The notes under the pieces were generated by a model. It searched no databases, was not told the DNA's origin, and was given only the letters and a program-made list of their open reading frames with translations. DNA of 64,000 nt from Phycisphaerales bacterium (GTDB lineage Bacteria; Planctomycetota; Phycisphaerae; Phycisphaerales; UBA5793). Below are positions 8,161 through 18,768 of this stretch, piece by piece. Every line of letters begins with the position of its first letter. Position 1 is the first letter of the stretch. The stretch covers positions 186,155-250,154 of the forward strand of contig JADZAS010000016.1 of assembly GCA_020852515.1 (NCBI GenBank). The letters run 5' to 3'. Both the position numbers and the translations under genes were made by a program.

Positions 8161-9210
8161 GTGCAGTGCACCCGGAGAAATGCCATGCAGCAGCGAATTC
8201 GAATGATCGCGCTTTGCTTCGCGTCCTGTGTGCTTGTGCTGGCAGGCGGCTGCCTCGAGCGCAAGGAGCGCATCATCGTCAACGCAGACGGTTCGAGCGA
8301 GATCCGGCTGATCGTCGAGGGAGAGGATGAGACTGATCTCAACGAGGGCGACCGACTGCCTCGCAACGGCGGCCAGTGGCTCGTCGAGCGCTCCAAACGG
8401 CAGACGCCTGACGGCGAAACGGTGCATCGGCTCGCGGCGGTGGCGCGCTACCCGGCCGGGTTCGATCTGCCATCCAACTTCGCCGATGTCAGCGACCAGA
8501 TGGCCAAGGCGTATCTGCAGTTTCCGACGCAGGTCACGATGGAGGAGCGGCCCGACGGGTGGTACTACCACTTTCACCGCACCTACGAGCCGCGCGCTTA
8601 CGCGCAGGTCGGCTTTCTGCAGGATGCGGCCGGCGAACAGGCGAGCAGTTTCGCCGCCAAGCAGCAGGCGGGCGAGGAGATCGGCCTGGTCGATTTCAAG
8701 GGCGTATCAGAAGTGCTCGTGAAGGTGGCCATCGGCAAGATCGAGATCTTCGCGCGCGAGGCGTTTCTTGAGACCAACCCGAACACGCCACAGGACACGT
8801 GGCTCGATGTGCACGACGCCCTCGAGGAGTTGCGCAAGGGCGCGAACTACGACCGCATGGCGGTGATTCTCCAGAACGCCGACAAGCAGGACAACTCGCA
8901 ACTCATGGAGCAACTGGCCGAGGAGTTCGATAAGGTGACGACGGACACGATCATCTCGGCGCTGAGCGGCAGCCCCTACGTGCGCGACACCGGCGCGTTC
9001 CGTCAGCGCTTCGCGTTCCACAAGAAGGCGTTCGAGATCACCGAAGACCTCGGGGACGAGCGGTTCGAAGTTTCAGTGCAGATGCCCGGCACGATCGTCT
9101 CGCACAACGGCGACAGCAAGACGAACAACGTCGTGACCTGGACGTTCGCCGGCAAGATGCTCTACGACCGCACGGTGGAACTGCTCGTCACGTCGCGCAT
9201 CGAGCGGTGA
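8161..9210 (+). CDS. hypothetical lipoprotein
   Basis: Signal peptide with lipobox LAGGC; 349 aa of diverse composition. Start may instead be at 8185. Confidence 0.6.
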   Translation: MQCTRRNAMQQRIRMIALCFASCVLVLAGGCLERKERIIVNADGSSEIRLIVEGEDETDLNEGDRLPRNGGQWLVERSKRQTPDGETVHRLAAVARYPAGFDLPSNFADVSDQMAKAYLQFPTQVTMEERPDGWYYHFHRTYEPRAYAQVGFLQDAAGEQASSFAAKQQAGEEIGLVDFKGVSEVLVKVAIGKIEIFAREAFLETNPNTPQDTWLDVHDALEELRKGANYDRMAVILQNADKQDNSQLMEQLAEEFDKVTTDTIISALSGSPYVRDTGAFRQRFAFHKKAFEITEDLGDERFEVSVQMPGTIVSHNGDSKTNNVVTWTFAGKMLYDRTVELLVTSRIER

Positions 9211-9221
9211 AGGTCGACGCC

Positions 9222-9926
9222 TCAGCCGGCTTTCTGGCCGGCGGACACGCGCGGGCCCGACGCGCCGGGCTGGATCGTCTGGTGCCGCACGATCTGGCCT
9301 TCCTGCATGTAGATGATGTCCTCGGCGACGTTGGTGGTGTGATCGGCGATGCGCTCAAGCGCTCGCGACACGCCGAGCATGTGAATGAGGCGCTCGAGTT
9401 CATCGGGCGACTGCCGTATGCCCGACTCGACGCGGGTGTACATCTCGCGGTTGATGGCATCGACTTCGTCGTCGGCGGCGAGCACCTGGTAGGCCAGAGA
9501 CTTGTCTTCTTTCACCATGGCGTCGAGCGTGGTCTTGAGCATCCACTCGACCTTGCCGGACATGGCGAAGAAGTCAAAGGGCATCTTCGTGGGCGGCTGG
9601 TTCGAAAGATAAAACGCCCGGCTGGCGATGTTCGTGGCGAGGTCGCCGATGCGCTCGAGGTCGTTGTTGATTTTGAGCACCGCTACGACGAAGCGCAGAT
9701 CATGGGCCACGGGCTGATGCAGCGCGAGCACCTTGAGGCATTCTTCTTCGAGTTCGACCTCGGCCCGGTCGATCTCGGCGTCGGACTTGATGACCTGCGT
9801 GGCGAGGCGCGAGTCGCGGTTCTGCACCGACAACACGGCCCGGTGGACGCTCTCTTCGACGAGCGCCCCGAGGGCCAGCAGGCGCTTCTTGAGGCGTTCG
9901 ATCTCATGAACAAAGTGCTGCGACAT
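9222..9926 (-). CDS. phoU: phosphate signalling complex protein PhoU
   Basis: Internal Met MSQHFVHEIERLKKRLLALG...; two PhoU repeats with an E/DxxxD pattern. The longer ORF upstream is Arg-rich non-coding. Confidence 0.85.
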   Translation of the reverse strand: MSQHFVHEIERLKKRLLALGALVEESVHRAVLSVQNRDSRLATQVIKSDAEIDRAEVELEEECLKVLALHQPVAHDLRFVVAVLKINNDLERIGDLATNIASRAFYLSNQPPTKMPFDFFAMSGKVEWMLKTTLDAMVKEDKSLAYQVLAADDEVDAINREMYTRVESGIRQSPDELERLIHMLGVSRALERIADHTTNVAEDIIYMQEGQIVRHQTIQPGASGPRVSAGQKAG

Positions 9927-9955
9927 AAGATGACCTCTCGCCCGGCGGGGGCGGC

Positions 9956-10915
9956 TCAGCCAAAGCGGCCCGTCACGTAGTCGGACGTCTCGGGCACATG
10001 CGGGTTCGTAAAGATATCGACGGTCGGCCCATACTCGATCACGTGGCCGAGATACATGAAGGCGGTGTAGTCGCTCACGCGGGCGGCCTGCTGCATGTTG
10101 TGCGTCACGATGAGGACCGTGTACTCGCCTTTGAGTTCGTGAATGAGGTCTTCGACCTTGCCCGTGGCGATCGGATCGAGCGCCGAGCACGGCTCATCCA
10201 TGAGCAGCACCTCGGGCTCGGCGGCGATGGCGCGCGCGATGCACAGCCGCTGCTGCTGCCCGCCCGAGAGGCCAAGGGCCGTCTCGTGCAGCCGGTCTTT
10301 CACTTCGTCCCACAGCGCCGCGCCGCGCAGGCTGCGCTCGCACACTTCGGCCAGCACGCGCCGGTCGCGCTCGCCGTCGATGCGCAGCGAGTAGATGACG
10401 TTCTCGAAGATGCTCATGGGAAACGGATTGGACTTCTGGAAGACCATGCCCAGGCGCTTGCGAAGTTCGATCACATTCACATCGCGTCCGTAGATATCGA
10501 CGCCGCGATAGGACATGGAGCCTTCGATGCGGATGTTGTCGATGAGGTCGTTGAGACGGTTCACAGAGCGGATCAGCGTACTCTTGCCGCAGCCGGACGG
10601 ACCGATGAGCGACGTGACCTTTCCCTCGGGGACCTTCATCGTCACGTCGAAGAGCGCCTGCTTGGCGCCGTAAAAGAGCGAAAAGGCGTTGATGCCCACG
10701 ACTTCGCTCTCGGTCTGCAACTGCTCGTGCGTGTCCGTCTGCACCGCCTCGCCGCGGGCGATGGCTGCGAGAAGCCCCAAGTTCGACGGCTCGGCAGCCG
10801 CGCCGGCGGCGCGCTGAACGCCGCCTGGCTCGGGAACTGCGCGGGATCTCGTGACGTGACTCATGTCAACGGATTGCGGCCGACGTTCTTCCGGGATGAG
10901 CAGCGGTTGTTTCAT
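9956..10915 (-). CDS. pstB: phosphate ABC transporter ATP-binding protein
   Basis: Walker [10 protein letters not shown], signature [14 protein letters not shown], Walker B LLMDEP. Confidence 0.9.
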   Translation of the reverse strand: MKQPLLIPEERRPQSVDMSHVTRSRAVPEPGGVQRAAGAAAEPSNLGLLAAIARGEAVQTDTHEQLQTESEVVGINAFSLFYGAKQALFDVTMKVPEGKVTSLIGPSGCGKSTLIRSVNRLNDLIDNIRIEGSMSYRGVDIYGRDVNVIELRKRLGMVFQKSNPFPMSIFENVIYSLRIDGERDRRVLAEVCERSLRGAALWDEVKDRLHETALGLSGGQQQRLCIARAIAAEPEVLLMDEPCSALDPIATGKVEDLIHELKGEYTVLIVTHNMQQAARVSDYTAFMYLGHVIEYGPTVDIFTNPHVPETSDYVTGRFG

Positions 10916-10933
10916 CTTGCTCCATGACGCATC

Positions 10934-11839
10934 CTACGCCGTGGCGAAGCGCTTCGCCTGCAGGCGGTGCACGGCGAGCCGGATGGTGAGATTGACGATG
11001 AAGATGAGAACGATGAGAATGACGATCCCCGCCCACGCCAGCTCCTGCTGGTCGCGGAACGGGCCGGTGGCGAACTGGAACACCGCGACCGTGAGCGACG
11101 GAAACGGCTCGCTCGGATCGAGCGTCATCAGGCGGCTGGCGCCCGCCGTGAAGAGCAGCGGCGCCGTCTCGCCGGCGACACGGGCCACGGCGAGCATAAT
11201 GCCCGTGATGACGCTGCCCGACGCGGCCGGCAGCACCACCTTGAAGATCGTTCGCGCCTTGGTGGCCCCAAGCGCGATCGACGCTTCGCGATAACTGCCC
11301 GGCACGAGCCGCAGCATCTCTTCGGTCGTGCGGGCCACGATGGGCACCATGATGAACGCCAGCGCCATGGCGCCGGCGAACCCGTTGGCGTTGCCGATGG
11401 GCACCACGAGCAGTTCGTAGCCGAGAATGCCCACGACGATGCTCGGCACGCCCGAGAGCACGTCGGCGATGAATCGCGTGGGCGCGCCCAGCCACGAATT
11501 GCTGCTGTATTCGGAGAGGTAGATGCCCGCGAGCATGCCCAGCGGAATGCCGACGCCGCTGGCCAGCGCGATGAGAATGCCGGTGCCGACCAGCGCGTGC
11601 GCCATGCCGCCGGGCGATCCTTCCATGCCTTCGGCGATCTCAACCTCGGTAAAGAAGGCGAGGCTGATGTGACTGAAACCCTTGGAGAGCAGGTAGAGCG
11701 TCACGAGCGCGAGCACGCCGAGAATGAGCACCGTAAACAGAACGCACAGGCTCATAAACACGCGATTGCTCACGCGCAGGTACGCCTGGTAGAGCGGCCT
11801 GGCGTTGCGTTCGTACTTGATGCGACCGGTTGCAGGCAT
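10934..11839 (-). CDS. pstA: phosphate ABC transporter permease PstA
   Basis: Multi-transmembrane permease with an EAA-like loop; lies between pstC and pstB. Start taken at MPATGRIKYE. Confidence 0.8.
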   Translation of the reverse strand: MPATGRIKYERNARPLYQAYLRVSNRVFMSLCVLFTVLILGVLALVTLYLLSKGFSHISLAFFTEVEIAEGMEGSPGGMAHALVGTGILIALASGVGIPLGMLAGIYLSEYSSNSWLGAPTRFIADVLSGVPSIVVGILGYELLVVPIGNANGFAGAMALAFIMVPIVARTTEEMLRLVPGSYREASIALGATKARTIFKVVLPAASGSVITGIMLAVARVAGETAPLLFTAGASRLMTLDPSEPFPSLTVAVFQFATGPFRDQQELAWAGIVILIVLIFIVNLTIRLAVHRLQAKRFATA

Positions 11840-11864
11840 GATGATCCCACCGGGCTGAGAGCGG

Positions 11865-12989
11865 TCAAAACGCCGCCGCGGTTCTCGATCCCTTTCCAAC
11901 GACGAGCCAGCGGGCGACGACGTTGAACAGCAGTGACATGACGAGCAGGATGAGCGCGACCTCGCACAGAGCGGCGCGGTGGATTTCGGTGCTCGCCTCG
12001 GCGAATTCGTTGGCCAGCAGACTGCTCATGGTTTGCGCCGGCGCGAAGAGCGATGGGTTGATCTGGTTGTTGTTGCCGATGACCATCGTGATGGCCATGG
12101 TCTCGCCCGACGCCCTCGCCAGGCCGAGCATCACCGCGCCGAACAAGGCCGAGCGGCTGTAGCGCAGCATCTCCCAGGAACTCTGCCACCATGTGGCGCC
12201 CAGAGCCAGCGTGCCTTCGATCTGGGCTCGCGGCACGCTCCGGAGCACGTCGCGGCTGATGGCCGTGATGATCGGCAGGATCATGATCGCCAGCACGACG
12301 CCGCCCGTAAACATGTCGCTGCCCGTGAGCGGCACTTCGGAGGTGATCACCGTCGAGCCGCGGCGTGCCGTGTTCTCAAACAGCCAGGCGTTGACGCCGG
12401 GAATCCACGAAAGCGCAGCTCGCAAGCCCGGCTCGATGTAGTTCCGCATCGCCGGCCCGAGCACAAAAAGCCCCCACATGCCGTATGCGATCGACGGAAT
12501 GGCCGCGAGGAACTCAACGAGAAAGGAAATCGAGCCGACGAGCCGCCTCGGACACAGACGCACCAGAAACAGCGCGGCGCCGAAACTGAGCGGCACGGCA
12601 ATCAGCAGGGCCAGCAGCGAGCTCACCGCGGTGCCATAGATCACCGGCAGCGCGCCGAAACTCGGCGGAATCGTCTCCATCACGACTTCGCCGTCTTCAA
12701 TGAGGACGCGTCCGTCGGCGCCCTTCATGGGCACATTGAGTTCGTTCGGCCGCCAGTCGGTGGTGACGAGGAATTTCAGGCCGTACTCCTCGATGCTCGG
12801 CCACGCCGCAATGGACAGGACGACGAGCAGCGCTGCGAGCATCAAGAGGACGCTCACGGCGCCCATCCGTGCGAGGCCGGCCATGAGTGCATCGCTGTTG
12901 AGCGGGCTGCGCCTGGCCTCAAGTGGCTTGCGCCGGCGAGCGCCGGGTCGCAGCGCACTGATCGGCGAGGATGAAGCGGCTTGTGACAC
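11865..12989 (-). CDS. pstC: phosphate ABC transporter permease PstC
   Basis: 374 aa multi-transmembrane permease immediately downstream of pstS. Confidence 0.8.
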   Translation of the reverse strand: MSQAASSSPISALRPGARRRKPLEARRSPLNSDALMAGLARMGAVSVLLMLAALLVVLSIAAWPSIEEYGLKFLVTTDWRPNELNVPMKGADGRVLIEDGEVVMETIPPSFGALPVIYGTAVSSLLALLIAVPLSFGAALFLVRLCPRRLVGSISFLVEFLAAIPSIAYGMWGLFVLGPAMRNYIEPGLRAALSWIPGVNAWLFENTARRGSTVITSEVPLTGSDMFTGGVVLAIMILPIITAISRDVLRSVPRAQIEGTLALGATWWQSSWEMLRYSRSALFGAVMLGLARASGETMAITMVIGNNNQINPSLFAPAQTMSSLLANEFAEASTEIHRAALCEVALILLVMSLLFNVVARWLVVGKGSRTAAAF

Positions 12990-13107
12990 TGTTCAGCGGC
13001 CCGATTTCGCTTTGACTTTGAATACAGCGGAGGCGGCAGAGTCGCAATCGCGTACTCTGCCGCTTCCGCGGGATGTTGCACGGTCGCCGTCGGCGCCGGC
13101 TCAGGCT

Positions 13108-14214
13108 TTACTGGCCGACCTTGAGGCGCTCGCCCTTGTAGGTGAGCATCCGCAGGGCTCCTTCGACTTTCTTCTGCACCGGCTTCGCAAGGGGAGCGTA
13201 GTCGAGTTCCTCGGCGAACTTCTGCCCGTCATGCGTGGCCCACCAGAGGAAGTCCACGAGCGCCTGCGCCTCTTCCTTGTTCTCCAGGTTGTTCAGATCC
13301 CGGTAGACGATCAGGTACGTGAACGAGGCGATGGGGTAGGCGTCGCTGCCGGGCTGATTCCAGATGTCTGCGGCGAGGATCGCGCCGCTCATCTTCGAGA
13401 CGGCACCGGCGCCGGCCATCGAGACGCTCTCGGGAGAAGCCTTGACCATGTTCCCGTCGCGATTCTGCACGTAGCCGTAGGCGAGATCGTTGTTGTCGGC
13501 GTAGCCCTGCTCGACGTAGCCCAGCGCGCCGGGCGTCTTCTGCACGACCGCCGTCACACCTTCGTTGCCCTTGCCGCCCTGGCCCAGAGGCCACTTCACC
13601 TGCTTGCCCATGCCGATGGTCGAGGTAAACTCGTCGCTCTGGGTGGCAAGGTAGTTGGTGAAGATGAACGTCGTGCCCGAACCGTCGGTCCGCCACACCG
13701 GCGTGATCGCCGTGTCGGGCAGTTTCACGCCGTGGTTGAGCGACGCGATGGCGCGATCGTTCCACCGGGTGACCTTGCCCATGTAGATCTCGGCCAGCAG
13801 TTCGCCAGTAAAGCGGATGTCGCCCTCGACGCCCGGCAGGTTGTAAGTCGGTACGACGCCGCCGGCGCACGAGGGGATTTCGATAAGGTTGTCAGCGCCC
13901 CCTGCGGCTTCCAACTCCCTCTTGCTCATGGGGGCGTCGCTGCCGGCAAAATCGACGGTCTTGTCGGTGATGTTCTTGATGCCGCCGCCTGAGCCGATCG
14001 ACGCGTAGTCGATGAGGATGTCTGGATGCAACAGCTGGTACTCGGCGACGAGCCTCTTGTAGAACGGAGCAGGGAATGTCGCGCCCGAGCCGGCCAGCCG
14101 GATCTCCGACCCGACGGCCGCTTCCGCCCCAGCCGCACCGGCCGGCATGCCCGCCGCCACAAGCAGAGTCGCGGCACACGCCACCGCACTGGCCCCACGT
14201 GAAATCAGGTTCAT
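13108..14214 (-). CDS. pstS: phosphate-binding protein PstS
   Basis: Signal peptide MNLISRGASAVACAATLLVAAG...; periplasmic phosphate-binding fold motifs (SGSG.. GGGIKNI, TFIFTNY). Confidence 0.85.
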   Translation of the reverse strand: MNLISRGASAVACAATLLVAAGMPAGAAGAEAAVGSEIRLAGSGATFPAPFYKRLVAEYQLLHPDILIDYASIGSGGGIKNITDKTVDFAGSDAPMSKRELEAAGGADNLIEIPSCAGGVVPTYNLPGVEGDIRFTGELLAEIYMGKVTRWNDRAIASLNHGVKLPDTAITPVWRTDGSGTTFIFTNYLATQSDEFTSTIGMGKQVKWPLGQGGKGNEGVTAVVQKTPGALGYVEQGYADNNDLAYGYVQNRDGNMVKASPESVSMAGAGAVSKMSGAILAADIWNQPGSDAYPIASFTYLIVYRDLNNLENKEEAQALVDFLWWATHDGQKFAEELDYAPLAKPVQKKVEGALRMLTYKGERLKVGQ

Positions 14215-14342
14215 CTGCAATCTCCTGTGTGTTTGAATCGCATCTTCAGTCACGCACCAGAGCATAAAGCCGCTGTGTTAGCGTTCGATGAGCGCGTGGA
14301 TAGTTTCGCATAAACCAGCGTCACCGCATGGAGAGCCGCCCG

Positions 14343-15770
14343 TTACGATCGTGCAAGGGGCTGCTGCTCATCGGCTTGCGGCCCGTTGCCCAGGGCTGGC
14401 AGGAACATCTGAAAAGTGCTGCCCCGACCGGGCGCGCTCTGCACTTCGACCCGCCCGCCGTGCGCCTGGCAGATGTGGCGGACGATCGACAACCCCAGGC
14501 CGGTGCTGCCGACCTGCCGGCTGCGGCCCTTGTCCACGCGGTAGAAGCGCTCGAAGATGCGCGAGAGGTGCTGGGGCTCGATCCCCTCGCCCCGATCGAC
14601 GACGGAGATTGCCACGCCCCCATCCACCGCCGCGCCCACGACATGCACCTCGCTGCCCGGCGGGCTGTACTTGATGGCATTCTCGATGAGGTTCACCAGC
14701 GCCTGTTCGAGCAGTTGCCGGTTCATGCGCACGCGCAACTCCGGCTCGCACTCGGTGTGAATCTTCGTCTGCCTCGCGTCGGCCAGCATCTGGCACGCCT
14801 CGACGGCGCTGTTGATGAGTGAGGACACCGCACCCGGCTCAACCTCCAGAGCCGCGCGGCCTTCCTGCTGGTCGAGTCTGGCCAGCGTGAGCAGGTCTTC
14901 GAGGATGGCGAACATCCGGTCCGCATGGCGGCGGATGATCTCAAGCAGTCTCTGCACGTCTTCGGGGCTGTGCTCGGAATGATCAAGCAGCGTCTCAACC
15001 GCGCCCTTGACTGCGGTGATCGGCGTGCGCATCTCATGGGAGACGTTGGCGACGAAGTCGCGACGGACGGTTTCAAGTCGGCGCAACTGCGTGACGTCGT
15101 TGAGCACGAGCAGCGCGCCGATCCGCCCTTCCGCCGCTCCGTGGAGCACGGTCGCCGTCACGAGCAGGATACGTTCGGCTTCGCGGGCTTCGCCGGCTCC
15201 CTCGGCTCTTCGTACGATCACTTCACCCTCGACCGGCCCGGCGGCCGTGAGCGCTTCGGAAACGAGCCGATGCAGCGCTGAACTGCGGACCACGGCCTGA
15301 ATGCTGCGGTCGATTGCCGAGGCCGGCTCGATCCCGAGCAGTTTCGACGCCGCCCGGTTCATGGTCATCACGCGCTCTTCGGCGTCTACGGCGATGACGC
15401 CCTCGACCATGCTCGAGAGGACGGCTTCAAGTTCGTTGCGCTGCCGGACGACCGCCTGGAATCGCTCGTCGAGTTGGGAGGCCATGTGGTTCATTGCTTC
15501 CGCGACCCGGGCCACCGCTTCAGAGCCGATAGTGCTGATGCGTCGATCGAGTTTGCCTCGGGCAAACCGCTCCGCCCCCCACTGCAGCCGCTCGAGGTCG
15601 CGCCGCTCGCGCCGCGCGCGGGCCATCAGCAGGCCCGCGAGCACGATCGCCAGCGCGGCCAGCGCGATGCACGCGACGAGCAGCGAGTCGGCGCCGGCGT
15701 CCGTCACGACCAGCGTGGCGCCGATCTGAGCCGTATTGAGAGTCGCCGGGGCGGGAAACAGGTGAGGCAC
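14343..15770 (-). CDS. phoR: phosphate regulon sensor histidine kinase
   Basis: N-terminal transmembrane helices, PAS-like region, H-box SHEMRTPIT, ATPase G-boxes. Sits 4 nt from phoB. Confidence 0.8.
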   Translation of the reverse strand: MPHLFPAPATLNTAQIGATLVVTDAGADSLLVACIALAALAIVLAGLLMARARRERRDLERLQWGAERFARGKLDRRISTIGSEAVARVAEAMNHMASQLDERFQAVVRQRNELEAVLSSMVEGVIAVDAEERVMTMNRAASKLLGIEPASAIDRSIQAVVRSSALHRLVSEALTAAGPVEGEVIVRRAEGAGEAREAERILLVTATVLHGAAEGRIGALLVLNDVTQLRRLETVRRDFVANVSHEMRTPITAVKGAVETLLDHSEHSPEDVQRLLEIIRRHADRMFAILEDLLTLARLDQQEGRAALEVEPGAVSSLINSAVEACQMLADARQTKIHTECEPELRVRMNRQLLEQALVNLIENAIKYSPPGSEVHVVGAAVDGGVAISVVDRGEGIEPQHLSRIFERFYRVDKGRSRQVGSTGLGLSIVRHICQAHGGRVEVQSAPGRGSTFQMFLPALGNGPQADEQQPLARS

Positions 15771-15774
15771 GACT

Positions 15775-16464
15775 TCACTCCTTGAAGCGATAGCCTACCC
15801 CTCGAATCGTCTCGATGTAGTCCCCGCACTTGCCAAGTTTGCGGCGAAGCGCCACGATCTGCACATCCACGGACCTCTCCGTCACCGGATAATCGTCGCC
15901 GCGCACGGCGTCGATAATCTGCTGGCGTGTGAATACGCGTCCCGGATGACGCGCCAGCCAGGAGAGCACGCGAAACTCGGTGATCGTGAGGTCGAGTCTC
16001 CGCTTCTCCACGGTCACTTCGTGGCGGACCGGGTCGATTTCCAACTGGTGGACACGGACCAGCGCGCTGTCGTCGATGGGCTCCGACTGGCTGTGGCGGC
16101 GAAGCACCGCCCTGATGCGCGCCAGCAGCACCCGCGGGCTGAAGGGCTTGGTAATGTAGTCGTCGGCCCCGAGTTCGATGCCGGCCACGATGTCTGCCTC
16201 ATCGCCCTTGGCGGTGAGCATCACAATCGAGATGTCGCGCGTCTGCGGATCGCTCCGCAGGGCCCGGCAGACCTCCAGCCCATCGGCGCCGGGCAGCATG
16301 AGATCGAGCAGAATCAGATCGACGCGCTTCGACCGGGCGGCGCGCAGGGCGGTCTCGCCGGTCGTAACGCAGTCCACTTCATAGCCTTCCCGCCTCAGGT
16401 TGTACGCCACAAGTTCGAGGAGGTCCTCCTCGTCATCCACCACCAAGATGTGCCCCTTGGACAT
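15775..16464 (-). CDS. phoB: phosphate regulon response regulator (OmpR family)
   Basis: Receiver domain DDEEDLLEL...LDLMLPG; winged-helix C-terminus ...GVGYRFK. Confidence 0.85.
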   Translation of the reverse strand: MSKGHILVVDDEEDLLELVAYNLRREGYEVDCVTTGETALRAARSKRVDLILLDLMLPGADGLEVCRALRSDPQTRDISIVMLTAKGDEADIVAGIELGADDYITKPFSPRVLLARIRAVLRRHSQSEPIDDSALVRVHQLEIDPVRHEVTVEKRRLDLTITEFRVLSWLARHPGRVFTRQQIIDAVRGDDYPVTERSVDVQIVALRRKLGKCGDYIETIRGVGYRFKE

Positions 16465-16566
16465 GTCGGTCTCCCATGTTTCGGTTGCCCAAGTTTAGGG
16501 AGAGTGCGCAACGGTTCGGTTAGGACGCCGTCAGGAATCGGTGTCGCCGGGCGCCCGGCGAGGGCG

Positions 16567-18324
16567 TCACTTATCGCCCGCGACTGCCTCGGCGACGTTG
16601 AGGCAGTGATCCTTGAGCCGGCGGTAATTGAGCAGCATGGTCAGATACGAAGTGCTCACAATCGGCTCGATGCGCGTCGCCGAGAGGCTCGTCAGGTGAA
16701 TGCTGCGCAGGTCCTTGATGCGCTTGGTCACCGCGGCGCCTGCGGAATGGGCCCGGCTGATCACATCCACGCGGTTGTGCTCGAACGCGTCGATTACCAG
16801 CAACAAGTAATCGGAGACGAGCATGTGCAGGCTTTCGAGGTCTTTGCGCTGCGTATCGGTGAGTTCGAACCCGGCGTTGCGGATCTTCAGTTCGGCTTTG
16901 ACGATGACCGCGATGGTGTCGCTGATCGACTCCATTTCGTCCGCAACGCGCAGCTGGCGCCGGCTCTCTTCGATCACGCTGTGCGGCACGCCGCCCGAGA
17001 GCAGATCCGAGAGGAAGTGCACGACTTCGTGCTCCATCGCGTCGAGAACCTCCTCGCGGTGGAAGAGCTTTTCGATTCGCCGGTCATCCTTCTCGTTGGT
17101 GAAGATGATCCGCGCCGCCCAGGTCATCATCTTCGACGCCCCGGCCGCCATCTTGAGAATCTCGGCGTGCGACTGTTCAATGGCGATCAGCGGCGTCTCG
17201 AGCATGCGCACGTCCAGCGACGAGAGATGGGCCGTTTCCTTGGTGGCCTTGGCGGGAACGAGCCGCTCGAGCGCGCGAGCAAACAGCCTGACGAACGGCA
17301 GAAAGAGAATCGTATTGAGTACGTTAAAGCCGGTGTGCGTCGTGGCGATCGCCAGCGTCATCACCTGCTCGAATTCCGCTTCACTCGCGACGCCCTCGTG
17401 CGTGAGGCCCAGGGGGTGATAGCCGGCATCCTTGTGGACGAACCAATCCACGCCCCTGAGGTAGAGCGCAAAAATGGTGGTGATCCACGCCACGCCGATG
17501 ACATTGAAAAGCACGTGCGCGTACGCGGCCCGTTTGGCGTTGGTTGTGGCGCCGATCGACGCCAGCACCGCGGTGATCGTCGTGCCGATGTTCTCACCGA
17601 GCACGAGCGCCGCCGCGGTTTCAAAGGGGATAACGCCCGTGGATGCGAGGCTGATGGTAATGGCCAGCGTCGCCGAGGACGACTGGACGATGAGCGTCAG
17701 CAGACACCCGACCGCCGCGCACTTGAGCACCCCAAAGTACGAGTCGGCGGCAAACCACGCGAAAGCATCGACGAACGCAGGAATCTCGCGGACGGGCTTG
17801 AACCCGTCTTTCATGAGCTCCAGGCCGAAGAACACCATGCCCAGGCCCATGATCGCCATCGCCGCGTAGCGGACGCGCTCTCGCTTTGTGAACAGAAATG
17901 CCAGTGCCGCCGCGCCGAGCATCGGCAGGCCGTACTTGCCCACGTGCAGCACAAGGATCCAGCCGGTGATCGTCGTGCCGATGTTGGCGCCCATGATGAC
18001 GCCGATGGCCTGATGCAGGAGCATCAGCCCGCTGTTGACGAAGCCCACCACCAGCACGGTCGTGATCGAACTCGACTGGAGGAAGCAGGTCACCGCCGTA
18101 CCCGTGCCCACCGCCAGCAGGCGGTTGTCGGTCACAGCGCTGATCATCTTGCGCAGGCTGTTGCCGGCGATGGCCTGCATTCCGTCGGAGAGATTTTTCA
18201 TCCCCAGCAGGAACAGACCGAGCCCGCCGATGACCATCAGCACCAGACCAGCGAGCGCATCCACTTCGCCCTGGGCCAGCGTGAGTAGCGCCATCGCGTC
18301 GCCAGGGGCGGTGCCGGTCAACAT
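16567..18324 (-). CDS. Na+/phosphate cotransporter family protein with C-terminal PhoU-like domain
   Basis: Two NptA-type repeats (QSSSAT.., GENIGTTIT) followed by PhoU-like helices. Start uncertain; M at 18426, 18324 or 18294. Confidence 0.75.
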   Translation of the reverse strand: MLTGTAPGDAMALLTLAQGEVDALAGLVLMVIGGLGLFLLGMKNLSDGMQAIAGNSLRKMISAVTDNRLLAVGTGTAVTCFLQSSSITTVLVVGFVNSGLMLLHQAIGVIMGANIGTTITGWILVLHVGKYGLPMLGAAALAFLFTKRERVRYAAMAIMGLGMVFFGLELMKDGFKPVREIPAFVDAFAWFAADSYFGVLKCAAVGCLLTLIVQSSSATLAITISLASTGVIPFETAAALVLGENIGTTITAVLASIGATTNAKRAAYAHVLFNVIGVAWITTIFALYLRGVDWFVHKDAGYHPLGLTHEGVASEAEFEQVMTLAIATTHTGFNVLNTILFLPFVRLFARALERLVPAKATKETAHLSSLDVRMLETPLIAIEQSHAEILKMAAGASKMMTWAARIIFTNEKDDRRIEKLFHREEVLDAMEHEVVHFLSDLLSGGVPHSVIEESRRQLRVADEMESISDTIAVIVKAELKIRNAGFELTDTQRKDLESLHMLVSDYLLLVIDAFEHNRVDVISRAHSAGAAVTKRIKDLRSIHLTSLSATRIEPIVSTSYLTMLLNYRRLKDHCLNVAEAVAGDK

Positions 18325-18481
18325 GCCAGACGTGTTCCCATCGGTCAGAAAGGGTGAAAGAGGCCGCCATCCACGAAGTCCGCCCGGCGTCCACCCGCCG
18401 GCACGGCCCCGACGCCACGTTAGCATTCGGTTCCGATTCTAACAATCGCCTCCGGCGAGTCATGCGGCGGTCAACTCAACT

Positions 18482-18754
18482 TTGCCCGGACCGATGCCCA
18501 GCCCGCTATCATCGTCTGCCCCGCTTCACCGGGGATGCCTCGGATTGGTCATGTGGCACAGATTCTGCAACTTCATCGGTGGGCTGCTGGCCCTGGCCCG
18601 ATTCGCGACCATGGGCGCGCTGGGCAGGCACAACCGGTACTGGCAGTGGCGCCGGTCAACCGCTTTCGGCGATTTTGAGGTGCCGCCGCGCGAGAAGAGG
18701 CGGGCTCTTCTCGACTACGGCCGGTGGGTGCACATGATGCGGCGCTTTCGCTGA
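18482..18754 (+). CDS. hypothetical small protein
   Basis: 90 aa, divergent from the nptA-like gene. Arg/Trp-rich, weak. Confidence 0.2.
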   Translation: MPGPMPSPLSSSAPLHRGCLGLVMWHRFCNFIGGLLALARFATMGALGRHNRYWQWRRSTAFGDFEVPPREKRRALLDYGRWVHMMRRFR

Positions 18755-18768
18755 TGGTCAGGCGGCGA

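Noticed and set aside
9998-13992. Series of long + strand ORFs (9998..10927, 10967..11926, 11979..12974, 12700..13992) and minus 11128..11643, 13229..13870
   Set aside because: All are antisense or out-of-frame to pstB/pstA/pstC/pstS, with R/H/D/G-rich repetitive translations. The pst genes on the minus strand have clear motifs.
14215-14342. Pho box upstream of pstS
   Set aside because: Looked for tandem CTGTCAT-type 7-mers on the minus strand. Only weak GTCAC/GTGAC half-matches, not enough to call a site.
15946-18288. 780-aa + strand ORF
   Set aside because: Antisense to phoB and the Na/Pi cotransporter gene. Translation dominated by R/G/A/D/H/P runs with no domains. Typical GC-rich antisense ORF.
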